From the NCBI GenBank assembly GCA_035552595.1, contig DASZKZ010000083.1:2538-66537 (forward strand): a stretch of 64,000 nt of DNA, written 5' to 3'. This DNA comes from Candidatus Dormiibacterota bacterium. GTDB taxonomy: Bacteria; Chloroflexota; Dormibacteria; Aeolococcales; Aeolococcaceae. This document shows positions 17,880 to 26,138 of this stretch, in pieces. The notes beneath the pieces are model-generated. The model saw only the letters and a program-made list of their open reading frames with translations. It was not told the origin of the DNA and ran no database searches. A program made the position numbers and the translations under genes. Position 1 is the first letter of the stretch; every line of letters begins with the position of its first letter.

Positions 17880-19310
17880 ATGGCGAAAACCAAGCCGCCG
17901 TCATACCTGCCCGTGGACGCTGACGAATGCGTCGGGCTCGACGGCTTCGCGCGCACGCCGTACGTCGACCTGCTCGGGGCTGTCACGCGCATGCAAAAAG
18001 AGCTGCCCACACTTAGGCGCGGCGCACAAGATTGGTTCGCCAGTCGCGGCGTGACGTTCGGCGTTCCCGACGATGGGGTGGCCCCCATCTTTCCCTTCGA
18101 CCCCATCCCCCGGGTGATCGGCGCCTCGGAATGGCGCGGCATCCACCGGGCCCTCTCGCAGCGGGCGGTGGCGCTCGACCACTTCGTGTCCGATTGCTAC
18201 GGGGCGCAGCGTGCTCTCCGCCACGGAGTGGTTCCCGGGAGGCTGGTGTACAGCAGCACCGGCTATCTGCGCGACATCGTCGGAGTGCGCCCGCCACGGT
18301 CCACCTGGTGTCACGTCGCCGGGATCGACGTGGTCCGGGTCCAGGGCTCGTTCTGCGTGCTCGAGGACAACGTGCGCGTGCCCAGCGGGGTCGCCTACGC
18401 GCTGGAGGCGCGCCGCGCCATGGAGAAGCTGGCTCCGGAATGGTTCGCCACCAGCGCGGTGCGGCGCATCGACGAGTACACCACCCGGTTGCGCCGCATC
18501 CTGCAGAGGATCGCGCCCCGGCCCTGGGAGGCCGCGATCGCTCTTCTCACACCCGGCTCGTACAACGCCGCGTACTACGAGCACAAGCTGCTCGCCGAAG
18601 AGATCGGCGCCATCCTGGTCGAGGGCAACGACCTCATCGTCTCCGAGGACGAGGTGTACCGGCGTGACTCCGACGGCGGCGTCCACCACGTCGACGTCAT
18701 CTACTCGCGGGTCAACAGCGACTGGCTCGACCCGCTGGTCTTCCGCAGCGAGTCGATGCTCGGTGCGCCGGGGATCATCGAGGCGTGGCGTCGCGGCAAC
18801 GTGGCCATCGCCAACGCCCCGGGAACGGGTGTCGCCGACGACAAGGCGATCTATCCCTATGTCCCGGCGCTGATCCGCTACTACCTCGGTGAGGAGCCGC
18901 TGATGGACAACGTGCCCTCCTTCGATCTCGCTGACCCGGCGCAGCGCGCTCACGTCGTCGCCCACTTCGACAAGATGGTCCTCAAGCCGGTGGACGCCAG
19001 CGGTGGCTACGACATCCATTTCGGGCGCCTGGTCAGTGCGGCCGAGCGGGGCGAGCTGATCGCCAGGATCGACTCGGCGCCGCGGCAGTGGCTGGCGCAG
19101 GAGGAGGTGGAGCTGAGCCGGGCCATCTGCATGGACGCCAACGGTGGTCTCGAAGGCCGGGCGGTCGACCTGCGCCCCTTCGTGCTGCTCGATGAGCGAC
19201 CATGGATCTCCCCGGGCGGCCTCACCCGCGTGGCCGCGGATCCCAATCAGCTGGTGGTCAACTCGTCACAGGGTGGAGGCAGCAAGGACACGTGGGTGCT
19301 GAGTCGCTGA
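17880..19310 (+). CDS. Circularly permuted ATP-grasp (type 2; COG2308/DUF404-DUF407) protein
   Basis: Real start is ATG 17880 (MAKTKPPSYLP...) inside track ORF 17169..19310. Diagnostic stretch GNVAIANAPGTGVADDKAIYPYVPALIRYYLGEEPLMDNVPSF and C-terminal NSSQGGGSKDTWVL. Confidence 0.85.
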   Translation: MAKTKPPSYLPVDADECVGLDGFARTPYVDLLGAVTRMQKELPTLRRGAQDWFASRGVTFGVPDDGVAPIFPFDPIPRVIGASEWRGIHRALSQRAVALDHFVSDCYGAQRALRHGVVPGRLVYSSTGYLRDIVGVRPPRSTWCHVAGIDVVRVQGSFCVLEDNVRVPSGVAYALEARRAMEKLAPEWFATSAVRRIDEYTTRLRRILQRIAPRPWEAAIALLTPGSYNAAYYEHKLLAEEIGAILVEGNDLIVSEDEVYRRDSDGGVHHVDVIYSRVNSDWLDPLVFRSESMLGAPGIIEAWRRGNVAIANAPGTGVADDKAIYPYVPALIRYYLGEEPLMDNVPSFDLADPAQRAHVVAHFDKMVLKPVDASGGYDIHFGRLVSAAERGELIARIDSAPRQWLAQEEVELSRAICMDANGGLEGRAVDLRPFVLLDERPWISPGGLTRVAADPNQLVVNSSQGGGSKDTWVLSR

Positions 19311-20197
19311 CCTTCGGGGTGTGGCATCACACCACTCTGCGCTACCTGGATTCGGTCGCGCTCTCCTACAACGAGGTGCGCATGCGCCCGCGCGACCGGG
19401 GCTCGCAGCGCACCATCGCGTTCTCGCTGCTGACCAATCCCGCGGCGGTGCCGCGCAGCCGCATCGACTACTTCGGCAACTACGTCCACCGCGTCGACGT
19501 CACCGCCCCGCACGAGGCGCTGGAGTTCGTCGTCGACACCGTGGTGGAGAACAGCGAGCCACGGCGGCGGCGTCTGCCCATGTGGTCAGCCGACATCCTT
19601 GCCGGCGACCCCCGTCTGGAATATGCGCTTCCCAGCCGTCGGGTGCCGCTGAGCGCGACCACGCGCGCCCTCTGGAGAGAGTGGAACGGCGGCGACGTGA
19701 GCTACGACGCCGTGCTCGCCACCGCGGAGCGCATTCCCAAGGAGCTTCGCTACGTGACCGGGGCGACCACCGTGGAGTCCAGCATCGACGACCTGCTCGC
19801 CGGCGGCGCCGGCGTGTGCCAGGACTTCACCCATCTCTTCCTGGCCATGGTGCGCGGCGCCGGCTGGCCCGCCAGGTACGTCAGCGGCTACCTCGGTCCC
19901 GGCGGTGACCAGACCTTCATCGAAGGCCAGACCCATGCCTGGGCTGAGGTGTGCGGCGCGGACGGCCGCTGGCTGGGTCTCGACCCCACCCACGGCGGCT
20001 TCACCGGTGTGGAGCACCTCCGCCTCGCGGCCGGGCGCGACTACAGCGACGTCGCCCCGCATCGCGGACTCTTCTACGGGACCTCCGAGGGCGTCCGCCC
20101 GGAGGTGCTGGTGCGCGTCACCCGCATGTCCCACCAGCAGGTGGAGACGGTGCACCGCGGGGTGGCGGTGCACTGGCAGCAACAGCAGCAGCAGTGA
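19292..20197 (+). CDS. Transglutaminase-like cysteine peptidase family protein (TGase-C) with C-terminal Q6 tail
   Basis: GTG 19292 with GGTGGAGG 12 nt upstream, overlapping the ATP-grasp gene end by 19 nt. N-terminal Bact_transglu_N-like region and core GVCQDFTHLFLAMVRGAGWPARYVSGYL ... THAWAEV ... LDPTH. Ends HWQQQQQQ. Confidence 0.85.
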   Translation: MGAESLTFGVWHHTTLRYLDSVALSYNEVRMRPRDRGSQRTIAFSLLTNPAAVPRSRIDYFGNYVHRVDVTAPHEALEFVVDTVVENSEPRRRRLPMWSADILAGDPRLEYALPSRRVPLSATTRALWREWNGGDVSYDAVLATAERIPKELRYVTGATTVESSIDDLLAGGAGVCQDFTHLFLAMVRGAGWPARYVSGYLGPGGDQTFIEGQTHAWAEVCGADGRWLGLDPTHGGFTGVEHLRLAAGRDYSDVAPHRGLFYGTSEGVRPEVLVRVTRMSHQQVETVHRGVAVHWQQQQQQ

Positions 20198-20201
20198 CAC
20201 G

Positions 20202-21233
20202 ATGCGTGCGCTGACCTTCGTGGGCCGGCGGCACGTCGAATGGAGGGATGTCCCCGACCCCCGCCTGCAGTCGGCGACGGACGCGATCGTCCGGCCGGTG
20301 GCGGCGACCACGTGTGACGTCGACCTGGTCATCCTGTTGGGCCGCTCACCCCTGCAGCCCCCGTTCGCCCTCGGCCACGAGTGCGTCGCGGAGGTGGTGG
20401 AGGCGGGCGAGGCGATCACCCACGTGGCCGCCGGTGACCTGGTGGTGGTGCCCTGGCACATCTCCTGCGGGCAGTGCGACCGCTGCGCCGCCGGCCTGCA
20501 GGCCCACTGCCGGGCGGTTGCCGAGCTGGCCATGTTCGGTGCGCCGCTCGGGGGTGACTGGGGAGGGCTGTTCTCCGACCTGGTCCACGTCCCCTTCGCG
20601 GACGCGATGCTGGTGCCGCTGCCCACCGGGCTCGACCCCGTCGCTCTCGCCTCGGCGGGCGACAACTGGTCGCTGGCGTGGGGCATGGTGGCGCGCCAGC
20701 TGCAGGCACGGCCCGGAGGCTCGGTGCTGATCATGAGCCGGGGCAGCATCGGGCTGTACGCGTGCGACATCGCCGGGGCGCTGGGTGCGTCGCGGCGGCT
20801 CTACGTCGACCCCGACGCGGGACGGCGCGCCATCGCGGAGAGCTACGGCGCCGAGGTCACCGCCTCGACGGAGCCGCTGCGGCACGGTTTCGACCTGGCC
20901 GTGGAGGCGACCGGGCGGGTCGCCGACCTGGCCACGGCGTGCCGGTCACTGGTGCCCGAGGGGGTGTGCGAGAGCGCGGGGAATCACTTCCGCCGGGGCG
21001 AGCTGCCGCTGTTGGAGATGTACATGTCCGGCCTCACCCTCCACCTCGGGCGCGACAGCACCCGCGCCCACATCCCGGAGGCCCTGCGCCTGGCGGCGGG
21101 CGGAGCCGTCCATCCGCGCCGGGTCGTCTCCGATGTGCTGGACTGGGAGATGCTCCCCACCGTGCTGCCCGAGCTGCGACGCAAGCCGGTCTTCGTGCGC
21201 GGCCCCGTCGACCCGGGCGACCCTACGCGCTGA
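20202..21233 (+). CDS. Zinc-dependent medium-chain alcohol dehydrogenase family protein
   Basis: ATG 20202, 4 nt after the TGase-C stop. Catalytic-Zn motif GHECVAEVVEAG and structural-Zn Cys cluster CGQCDRCAAGLQAHC. Confidence 0.85.
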   Translation: MRALTFVGRRHVEWRDVPDPRLQSATDAIVRPVAATTCDVDLVILLGRSPLQPPFALGHECVAEVVEAGEAITHVAAGDLVVVPWHISCGQCDRCAAGLQAHCRAVAELAMFGAPLGGDWGGLFSDLVHVPFADAMLVPLPTGLDPVALASAGDNWSLAWGMVARQLQARPGGSVLIMSRGSIGLYACDIAGALGASRRLYVDPDAGRRAIAESYGAEVTASTEPLRHGFDLAVEATGRVADLATACRSLVPEGVCESAGNHFRRGELPLLEMYMSGLTLHLGRDSTRAHIPEALRLAAGGAVHPRRVVSDVLDWEMLPTVLPELRRKPVFVRGPVDPGDPTR

Positions 21234-22245
21234 CCGTGGTCGAGCGCGGGCCCAGCCCGCGCAGCTCCGAGATCCGATCGAGGTGGGAGTCGACGCCACC
21301 GAGCAGCCGGCCCGACGCCGCTGCCCGGCGGAGGAGCAGATGGCAATCGTGCTCCCAGGTGAAGCCGATGCCTCCATGCACCTGCAGCGACGACCCGGTC
21401 ACCCGCCACGCCCCCTGCGCCGCGGCGATCTTGGCCACCGACGATGCGAAGGGGAGGACCGCGGCGTCGTGATCGGCCGTCCAGGCGGCGCAGAGGACGG
21501 CCGACCGGGCGCTCTCGACGTCGAGCAGCATGTCGGCGCAGCGGTGCGACACCGCCTGGTAGGCCCCGATGGGCCGGCCGAACTGCTGCCGGGTGCGCGC
21601 GTGCTCGACGGCCAGGTCGAGGGCGCGCTGCGCGACTCCGACGAGCTCGGCGCCGATAGCCACCTCGAGGCGGTCGAGGGCGGGGCCGCAGTCGCCCGGC
21701 AGCGGCTCCGCCTGCGCCGCGTGCACGCGGGTGAGCCGGCGCGTCACGTCGATACCGTCGAGAGATTCGAAGCTGCACGAGTCCGCGGCGGCGATGGTGG
21801 CGTGCCCCGGTCCCACCAGCACCACCGCCGCCGCGCCATCGGCGTCCAGGGCCAGCGCGCTGCCGTCGGGCTGCACCATGGCGATGGCGCCGCGCATCGC
21901 TCCAGCGGCGAAGCCGGGCAGCCAGCGCTGCCGCTGCTGCTCGTCCCCGGCGCTCTGCACCAGCACGGCGGCGGCGGCGTTGCCGAAGAATGTTCCCGGG
22001 GCCAGGGCTTTGCCGAGTCCCTCGCACACCAGGGCGAGCTCGACAGTCCCCAGGCCCTGGCCACCATGGCTCTGGTCCACCGCGGCGCCGGTCCAGCCCG
22101 CGCCGGCGAGCTCCCTCCAGAGCTGGGACCCGTCGTCCTCGCCCGCGACCCGGCGCCGCATCGCGGCGGGGTCCCAGCGAGCGCGGCAGAGCTCGTCGAT
22201 GGCGTCGCGCACCGCGCGCTGGTCGTCACTGAGGTCGAATCGCAT
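21223..22245 (-). CDS. Acyl-CoA dehydrogenase family protein, beta-type subunit (catalytic Glu motif absent)
   Basis: ACAD N-terminal and middle domains are present (GWTGAAVDQSHGGQGLG ...). At the C-terminus, where xEG(T/S)xEIQ is expected, it reads LLGGVDSHLDRI. Lies 9 nt downstream of a canonical ACAD. Confidence 0.75.
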   Translation of the reverse strand: MRFDLSDDQRAVRDAIDELCRARWDPAAMRRRVAGEDDGSQLWRELAGAGWTGAAVDQSHGGQGLGTVELALVCEGLGKALAPGTFFGNAAAAVLVQSAGDEQQRQRWLPGFAAGAMRGAIAMVQPDGSALALDADGAAAVVLVGPGHATIAAADSCSFESLDGIDVTRRLTRVHAAQAEPLPGDCGPALDRLEVAIGAELVGVAQRALDLAVEHARTRQQFGRPIGAYQAVSHRCADMLLDVESARSAVLCAAWTADHDAAVLPFASSVAKIAAAQGAWRVTGSSLQVHGGIGFTWEHDCHLLLRRAAASGRLLGGVDSHLDRISELRGLGPRSTTVSA

Positions 22246-22254
22246 GGCCTGCTC

Positions 22255-23388
22255 TCAGCGCATCCTGGGAAGGTCGAGCACGCGCTCCGCGATGATGTTG
22301 CGCTGGATCTCCGACGTGCCCCCCTCGATGGAGTTGGCCCGGGCGCGCAGCATCCGTCGCGTCCAGACCGAATCGGCGGCGAGGCCATCGGCGCCGAGGA
22401 CGTCGAGAGCGAGCTCGCCGAGGCGCTGATTGATGTCGGCCCACTGGATCTTGGCCAGCGACCCCTCCGGACCGGGCACGCCACGCTCGATGACGCGCGA
22501 GAGCCCGCGATAGCCGTTGAGGCGCATCGTCTCGGTGTCGACGATCAGCGCGCTGAGCCGGCGGCGCAGAACCGGGTCCTCCTGGCGCCCGCGTTCGCGG
22601 ATCAGCGCGGCCAGCTCGTCGAGCTCCATCTGGATGGCCAGCGCCGAGGCCGCGCTCAAGCCGGCGCGTTCGAACATCAGGGTGGTGATGGCCACGTTCC
22701 AGCCATCGCCGACAGCACCCACCCTGTCTTCGTCGGCAACCGTGGCGTCGTTGAAGAAGATCTCGTTGAACTCGGAGTCGCCGGTCGCCTGGCGCAGGGG
22801 ACGAACCTCGACCCCGGGTTGCTTCATGTTGCAGATGAAGTAGGTGAGGTTGCGATGGCGCTCCTGGTCACCCGTCCTGGCCAGCAGCATGCACCACGTG
22901 GCCCGGTGCGCGAACGAGGTCCACACCTTCTGTCCGTTGACCTTCCAGCCCCCGTCGACCGGCTCCGCCCGGGTGGTCACGGCCGCCAGGTCGCTGCCCG
23001 CGTTGGGCTCGCTGAAGCCCTGGCACCAGACCTCGTCGCCGTTGAGGATGGGGGCGAGAAACCGAGCCCGCTGCTCGTCGCTGCCGTGGGCGATGATCAC
23101 CGGGCCACCCATCACCAGCCCGATGATGTTGGCCGGAGGCGGCGCCTTGGCGCGCACCATCTCCTCGTTGAAGATGGCCTGCTCCATGAGGGTGGCGCCG
23201 CGGCCGCCGTGCTGGCGCGGCCACGCGATGCCGACGTAGCCGCCGTCGAAGAGGGTGCGCTGCCAGCGCAGCCGGAAGTCCACGATCTCCTCGGTGCGCT
23301 GCGGCTCCGGCCCGGGGTGGTGCTCCGAGAGCCAGGCGCGCACCTCGTCGCGGAATTGCAGCTCCGCTGGGGAGAGGCTCAGATCCAC
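22255..23388 (-). CDS. Acyl-CoA dehydrogenase, alpha-type subunit
   Basis: WCQGFSEPNAGSDLA, a full ACAD fold, and the catalytic-base motif SIEGGTSEIQRNIIAERVL at the C-terminus. Confidence 0.85.
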   Translation of the reverse strand: MDLSLSPAELQFRDEVRAWLSEHHPGPEPQRTEEIVDFRLRWQRTLFDGGYVGIAWPRQHGGRGATLMEQAIFNEEMVRAKAPPPANIIGLVMGGPVIIAHGSDEQRARFLAPILNGDEVWCQGFSEPNAGSDLAAVTTRAEPVDGGWKVNGQKVWTSFAHRATWCMLLARTGDQERHRNLTYFICNMKQPGVEVRPLRQATGDSEFNEIFFNDATVADEDRVGAVGDGWNVAITTLMFERAGLSAASALAIQMELDELAALIRERGRQEDPVLRRRLSALIVDTETMRLNGYRGLSRVIERGVPGPEGSLAKIQWADINQRLGELALDVLGADGLAADSVWTRRMLRARANSIEGGTSEIQRNIIAERVLDLPRMR

Positions 23389-23404
23389 GGGAACGCAGCC
23401 TACC

Positions 23405-25015
23405 TCACCCGTCCGCGGTCGCTGGCGCCGCCACCACCAGCGCGCGCAGCGCTTTGCGGTCGAGCTTGCCGACGCTGGTGAGCGGGATGCTGCCGACGAT
23501 GCGGATCTCGCGCGGAGCCTTGGTCGCCGACAGGCGCGAGCGCGCGTAGCGGATGAGCTCGTCGGCGCCCACCCCCGTCCCCTGCTTCAGGCTCACGAAG
23601 GCGACCACCTCCTCACCCAGGCGCGGGTCGGGACGGCCGACCACCCCGGCCATGGCCACCTCTGGATGGGAGACGAGCACATCCTCGACATCGCGAGGAA
23701 AGACGTTGAAGCCACCACGCAGGATGAGGTCCTTCTTGCGGTCGACCACGTAGAGGTACCCGTCGGAGTCGACGTGGCCGATGTCACCCGTGTGCAGCCA
23801 GCCGTCACGCAGCACCGCCGCCGACTCTTCGGGAGCGTTCCAGTAGCCGCCCATGACGCCCGGGCCGCGCGCGCAGATCTCGCCGTCGTCACCGTCGCGC
23901 AGCACCTCGCCGCCGTCGCCGGTGATGCGCACCGTGCAGCCCGCGATCGGCAAGCCCACGCTGCCCTGGCGACGGCGGCCGGGCGGGTTGGTGGAGATCA
24001 CCGCGGAGGTCTCGGTGCAGCCGTAGCCCTCGAGGACCTGGCACGACGGCACCCTGCGCTCGAACTCCCGCAGGACGTCGAGAGGCAGGGGCGCGGCGCC
24101 GCTGCCGACGTAGAGCATCGACTCGAGGTCGGCGTCCTCGAGGGGCTCGGCGAGGAGCATCTGCATCATGGCGGGGACCAGGGAGGTGCGCTGGGAGCGG
24201 TGCTGTTCGCAGAGTGCGACCCACTCGGACGCGTTGAACCAGCGCTGCACCACCGCCACACCCGGTTCATCGCTGTGCATGGCGACGACGGTGACGATCA
24301 TCCCGTAGGCGTGGGACAGCGGCAGCGGGGTGATCACGCGTGTGGCGCCGGGCACACGAGTGGCCTCCCACGAGCTGCGTGCGCACGACCACAGGTTGGC
24401 GTGGCTGAGGGCCACCCCCTTGGCCCGGCCGGTGGTGCCGCCCGTGTACATGAGGGTGGCGAGCTCGTCGTCCCGCCGGGGCACGCGTGGACGCGGCTCT
24501 GCGGCCTCGAGGTCCTGGAAGCCCGCCAGCCGCGCCCCGCTGCCCATCGTCGCCTCGGGATCAGGCCCGGCGACGATGACGTGGGCCAGCGCGGGCGCAC
24601 CCGCTGCCGCATCGAGAACCGTGCCCAGCAGCTCGGCGGTGGTGACCGCGGCGACGGCCCCCGAGTCGACCAGGATGTGGCCCAGCTCGGCGGCGCTGGT
24701 GAGAAACACCACCGGCGTGACCACCGCGCCGGCACGCCAGATGGCGTTGTATGCGATCAGGACCTCCGGACAGTTGGCCATCAGCACGACGACCCGTTCT
24801 CCGGGTTGCATGCCGAGGTCGGCAAGCCCTCCGGCGACACGGCGGGCGCGCTCGTGCAGGTCGCCGGAGCGAAACGTCTGGCCCTCGAAGATGAGCGCGT
24901 CGTGGTCGCCGAGCCGCTCCAGGGATTCCTCGGCGAGCCGCGCCAGGTTGCGGCCGTCAGCCACGAGCGTCCTCGGGGGGAGCGCCGCCGCGATCGGCGC
25001 CGTGGTGGCGTCCAT
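23405..25015 (-). CDS. AMP-dependent acyl-CoA synthetase/ligase (FadD-like)
   Basis: AMP-binding signature MYTGGTTGRAKGV, then GYGCTET, GDIGHVDSDGYLYVVDRKKD and a final VGKLDRKAL. The start is either ATG 25015 or GTG 24964; both overlap the upstream thioesterase gene end. Confidence 0.85.
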   Translation of the reverse strand: MDATTAPIAAALPPRTLVADGRNLARLAEESLERLGDHDALIFEGQTFRSGDLHERARRVAGGLADLGMQPGERVVVLMANCPEVLIAYNAIWRAGAVVTPVVFLTSAAELGHILVDSGAVAAVTTAELLGTVLDAAAGAPALAHVIVAGPDPEATMGSGARLAGFQDLEAAEPRPRVPRRDDELATLMYTGGTTGRAKGVALSHANLWSCARSSWEATRVPGATRVITPLPLSHAYGMIVTVVAMHSDEPGVAVVQRWFNASEWVALCEQHRSQRTSLVPAMMQMLLAEPLEDADLESMLYVGSGAAPLPLDVLREFERRVPSCQVLEGYGCTETSAVISTNPPGRRRQGSVGLPIAGCTVRITGDGGEVLRDGDDGEICARGPGVMGGYWNAPEESAAVLRDGWLHTGDIGHVDSDGYLYVVDRKKDLILRGGFNVFPRDVEDVLVSHPEVAMAGVVGRPDPRLGEEVVAFVSLKQGTGVGADELIRYARSRLSATKAPREIRIVGSIPLTSVGKLDRKALRALVVAAPATADG

Positions 25016-25469
25016 AGGAACCGGCGTCGGGGAGGACCACCTGCGTGCACCGGCTGGTGGCGAGCAGGCCATCCGCGGAGTCGAACATCTCCGCGGCACA
25101 GAAGACGATCCTCCGGGTGCGGCGCACCACCGTCCCGGTGGCGCGGAGAAGCCCCGGCCGCGAGGCGCGCAGGAATTCCACGCGCAGGTCGGCGGTCAGA
25201 AACACCTGGTCGTTGTCGAGCACCGTCCAGCATGCTCCGCCCATCGCCGAGTCGAGCAGCGCGGTCACCATCCCGCCCTGGACGACGGGACCGTCGGCTG
25301 TGGGAAAGCAGTACTCGGGCACGGCCGTCCACTCGATCGTGGTCGACCCCGGCTGCCAGTCCGTCCGCCGGTAGCCCAGGGTTCGCCAGATGTGCGGGCC
25401 GTCGACGGCAGCTGCCTCCCAGGTGCGGGAATCGCCGAATCGCTCTCCCGGCGTGATCCTCTCCGTCAT
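24957..25469 (-). CDS. PaaI/4HBT-type hotdog-fold thioesterase
   Basis: Real start ATG 25469 (MTERITPGERF...) within track ORF 24957..25988. The VVQGGMVTALLDSAMGGA core is typical of PaaI-family thioesterases. Confidence 0.75.
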   Translation of the reverse strand: MTERITPGERFGDSRTWEAAAVDGPHIWRTLGYRRTDWQPGSTTIEWTAVPEYCFPTADGPVVQGGMVTALLDSAMGGACWTVLDNDQVFLTADLRVEFLRASRPGLLRATGTVVRRTRRIVFCAAEMFDSADGLLATSRCTQVVLPDAGSYGRHHGADRGGAPPEDARG

Positions 25470-25482
25470 GGGCAGCGCGGCG

Positions 25483-26067
25483 CTACTTCTTGGCGGCCTG
25501 GTAGTAGGGATTGGCGCCCTGGGCGTGGTCGGTGGTGTCGCGCACCTCGCGGATCTCCGGGAAGGCGTCGAGGATGGCGGCGCGCACCCCCTGGCCCAGG
25601 GTGACCTCGGCCATGCCGCAGCCCTGGCAGCCACCGCCCATGTGGATGAACGCGACGCCGTCGGCGACATCGAGCAGGTCGATGTGGCCGCCGTGCGACG
25701 CCACCGACGGGTTGATCTCCAGGTCGAGCAGGCGCTGCACGCGCTCGGCGACGGGATCGAGCCAGAGCGGGTTGGGATTGATGACGCGCACCGCTCCCAT
25801 GGGCAGATCGGCGTCGAGGGTGATCCCGTCGAGGTACGGCGCTGAGGCGAGGGGGATGTGGATGGGGATTCCCTCGAGCTCCTCGACGACGAGGTCGCCC
25901 TGCCGCTCCTCGCCCGCCGCCACCAGCTGCATGTCGTAGACGAAGGCGCCCTCCTGGCGGCCGGTGATGGCGATGCGCAGCCCGGCACCCGGCTGCTTGG
26001 TGTTGGCGCGCACCTGCTCGATGCGGGTGCGCGCGTTGGCGGTGGCGCTGACCTGAGGCTGCTTCAC
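25483..26067 (-). CDS. nfuA: NfuA-like Fe-S cluster carrier (degenerate A-type N-domain + Nfu C-domain)
   Basis: C-terminal Nfu domain with the CQGCGMA (CxxC) motif. N-terminal HesB/IscA-like fold lacks the Cys ligands. Confidence 0.8.
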   Translation of the reverse strand: MKQPQVSATANARTRIEQVRANTKQPGAGLRIAITGRQEGAFVYDMQLVAAGEERQGDLVVEELEGIPIHIPLASAPYLDGITLDADLPMGAVRVINPNPLWLDPVAERVQRLLDLEINPSVASHGGHIDLLDVADGVAFIHMGGGCQGCGMAEVTLGQGVRAAILDAFPEIREVRDTTDHAQGANPYYQAAKK

Positions 26068-26138
26068 GCAGCGAGTCTGACACCTCGGCTGAGCCGGCGC
26101 GCAGCGGGCGGCGCAGGCGCGGACCTAGGCTGGTCGCC

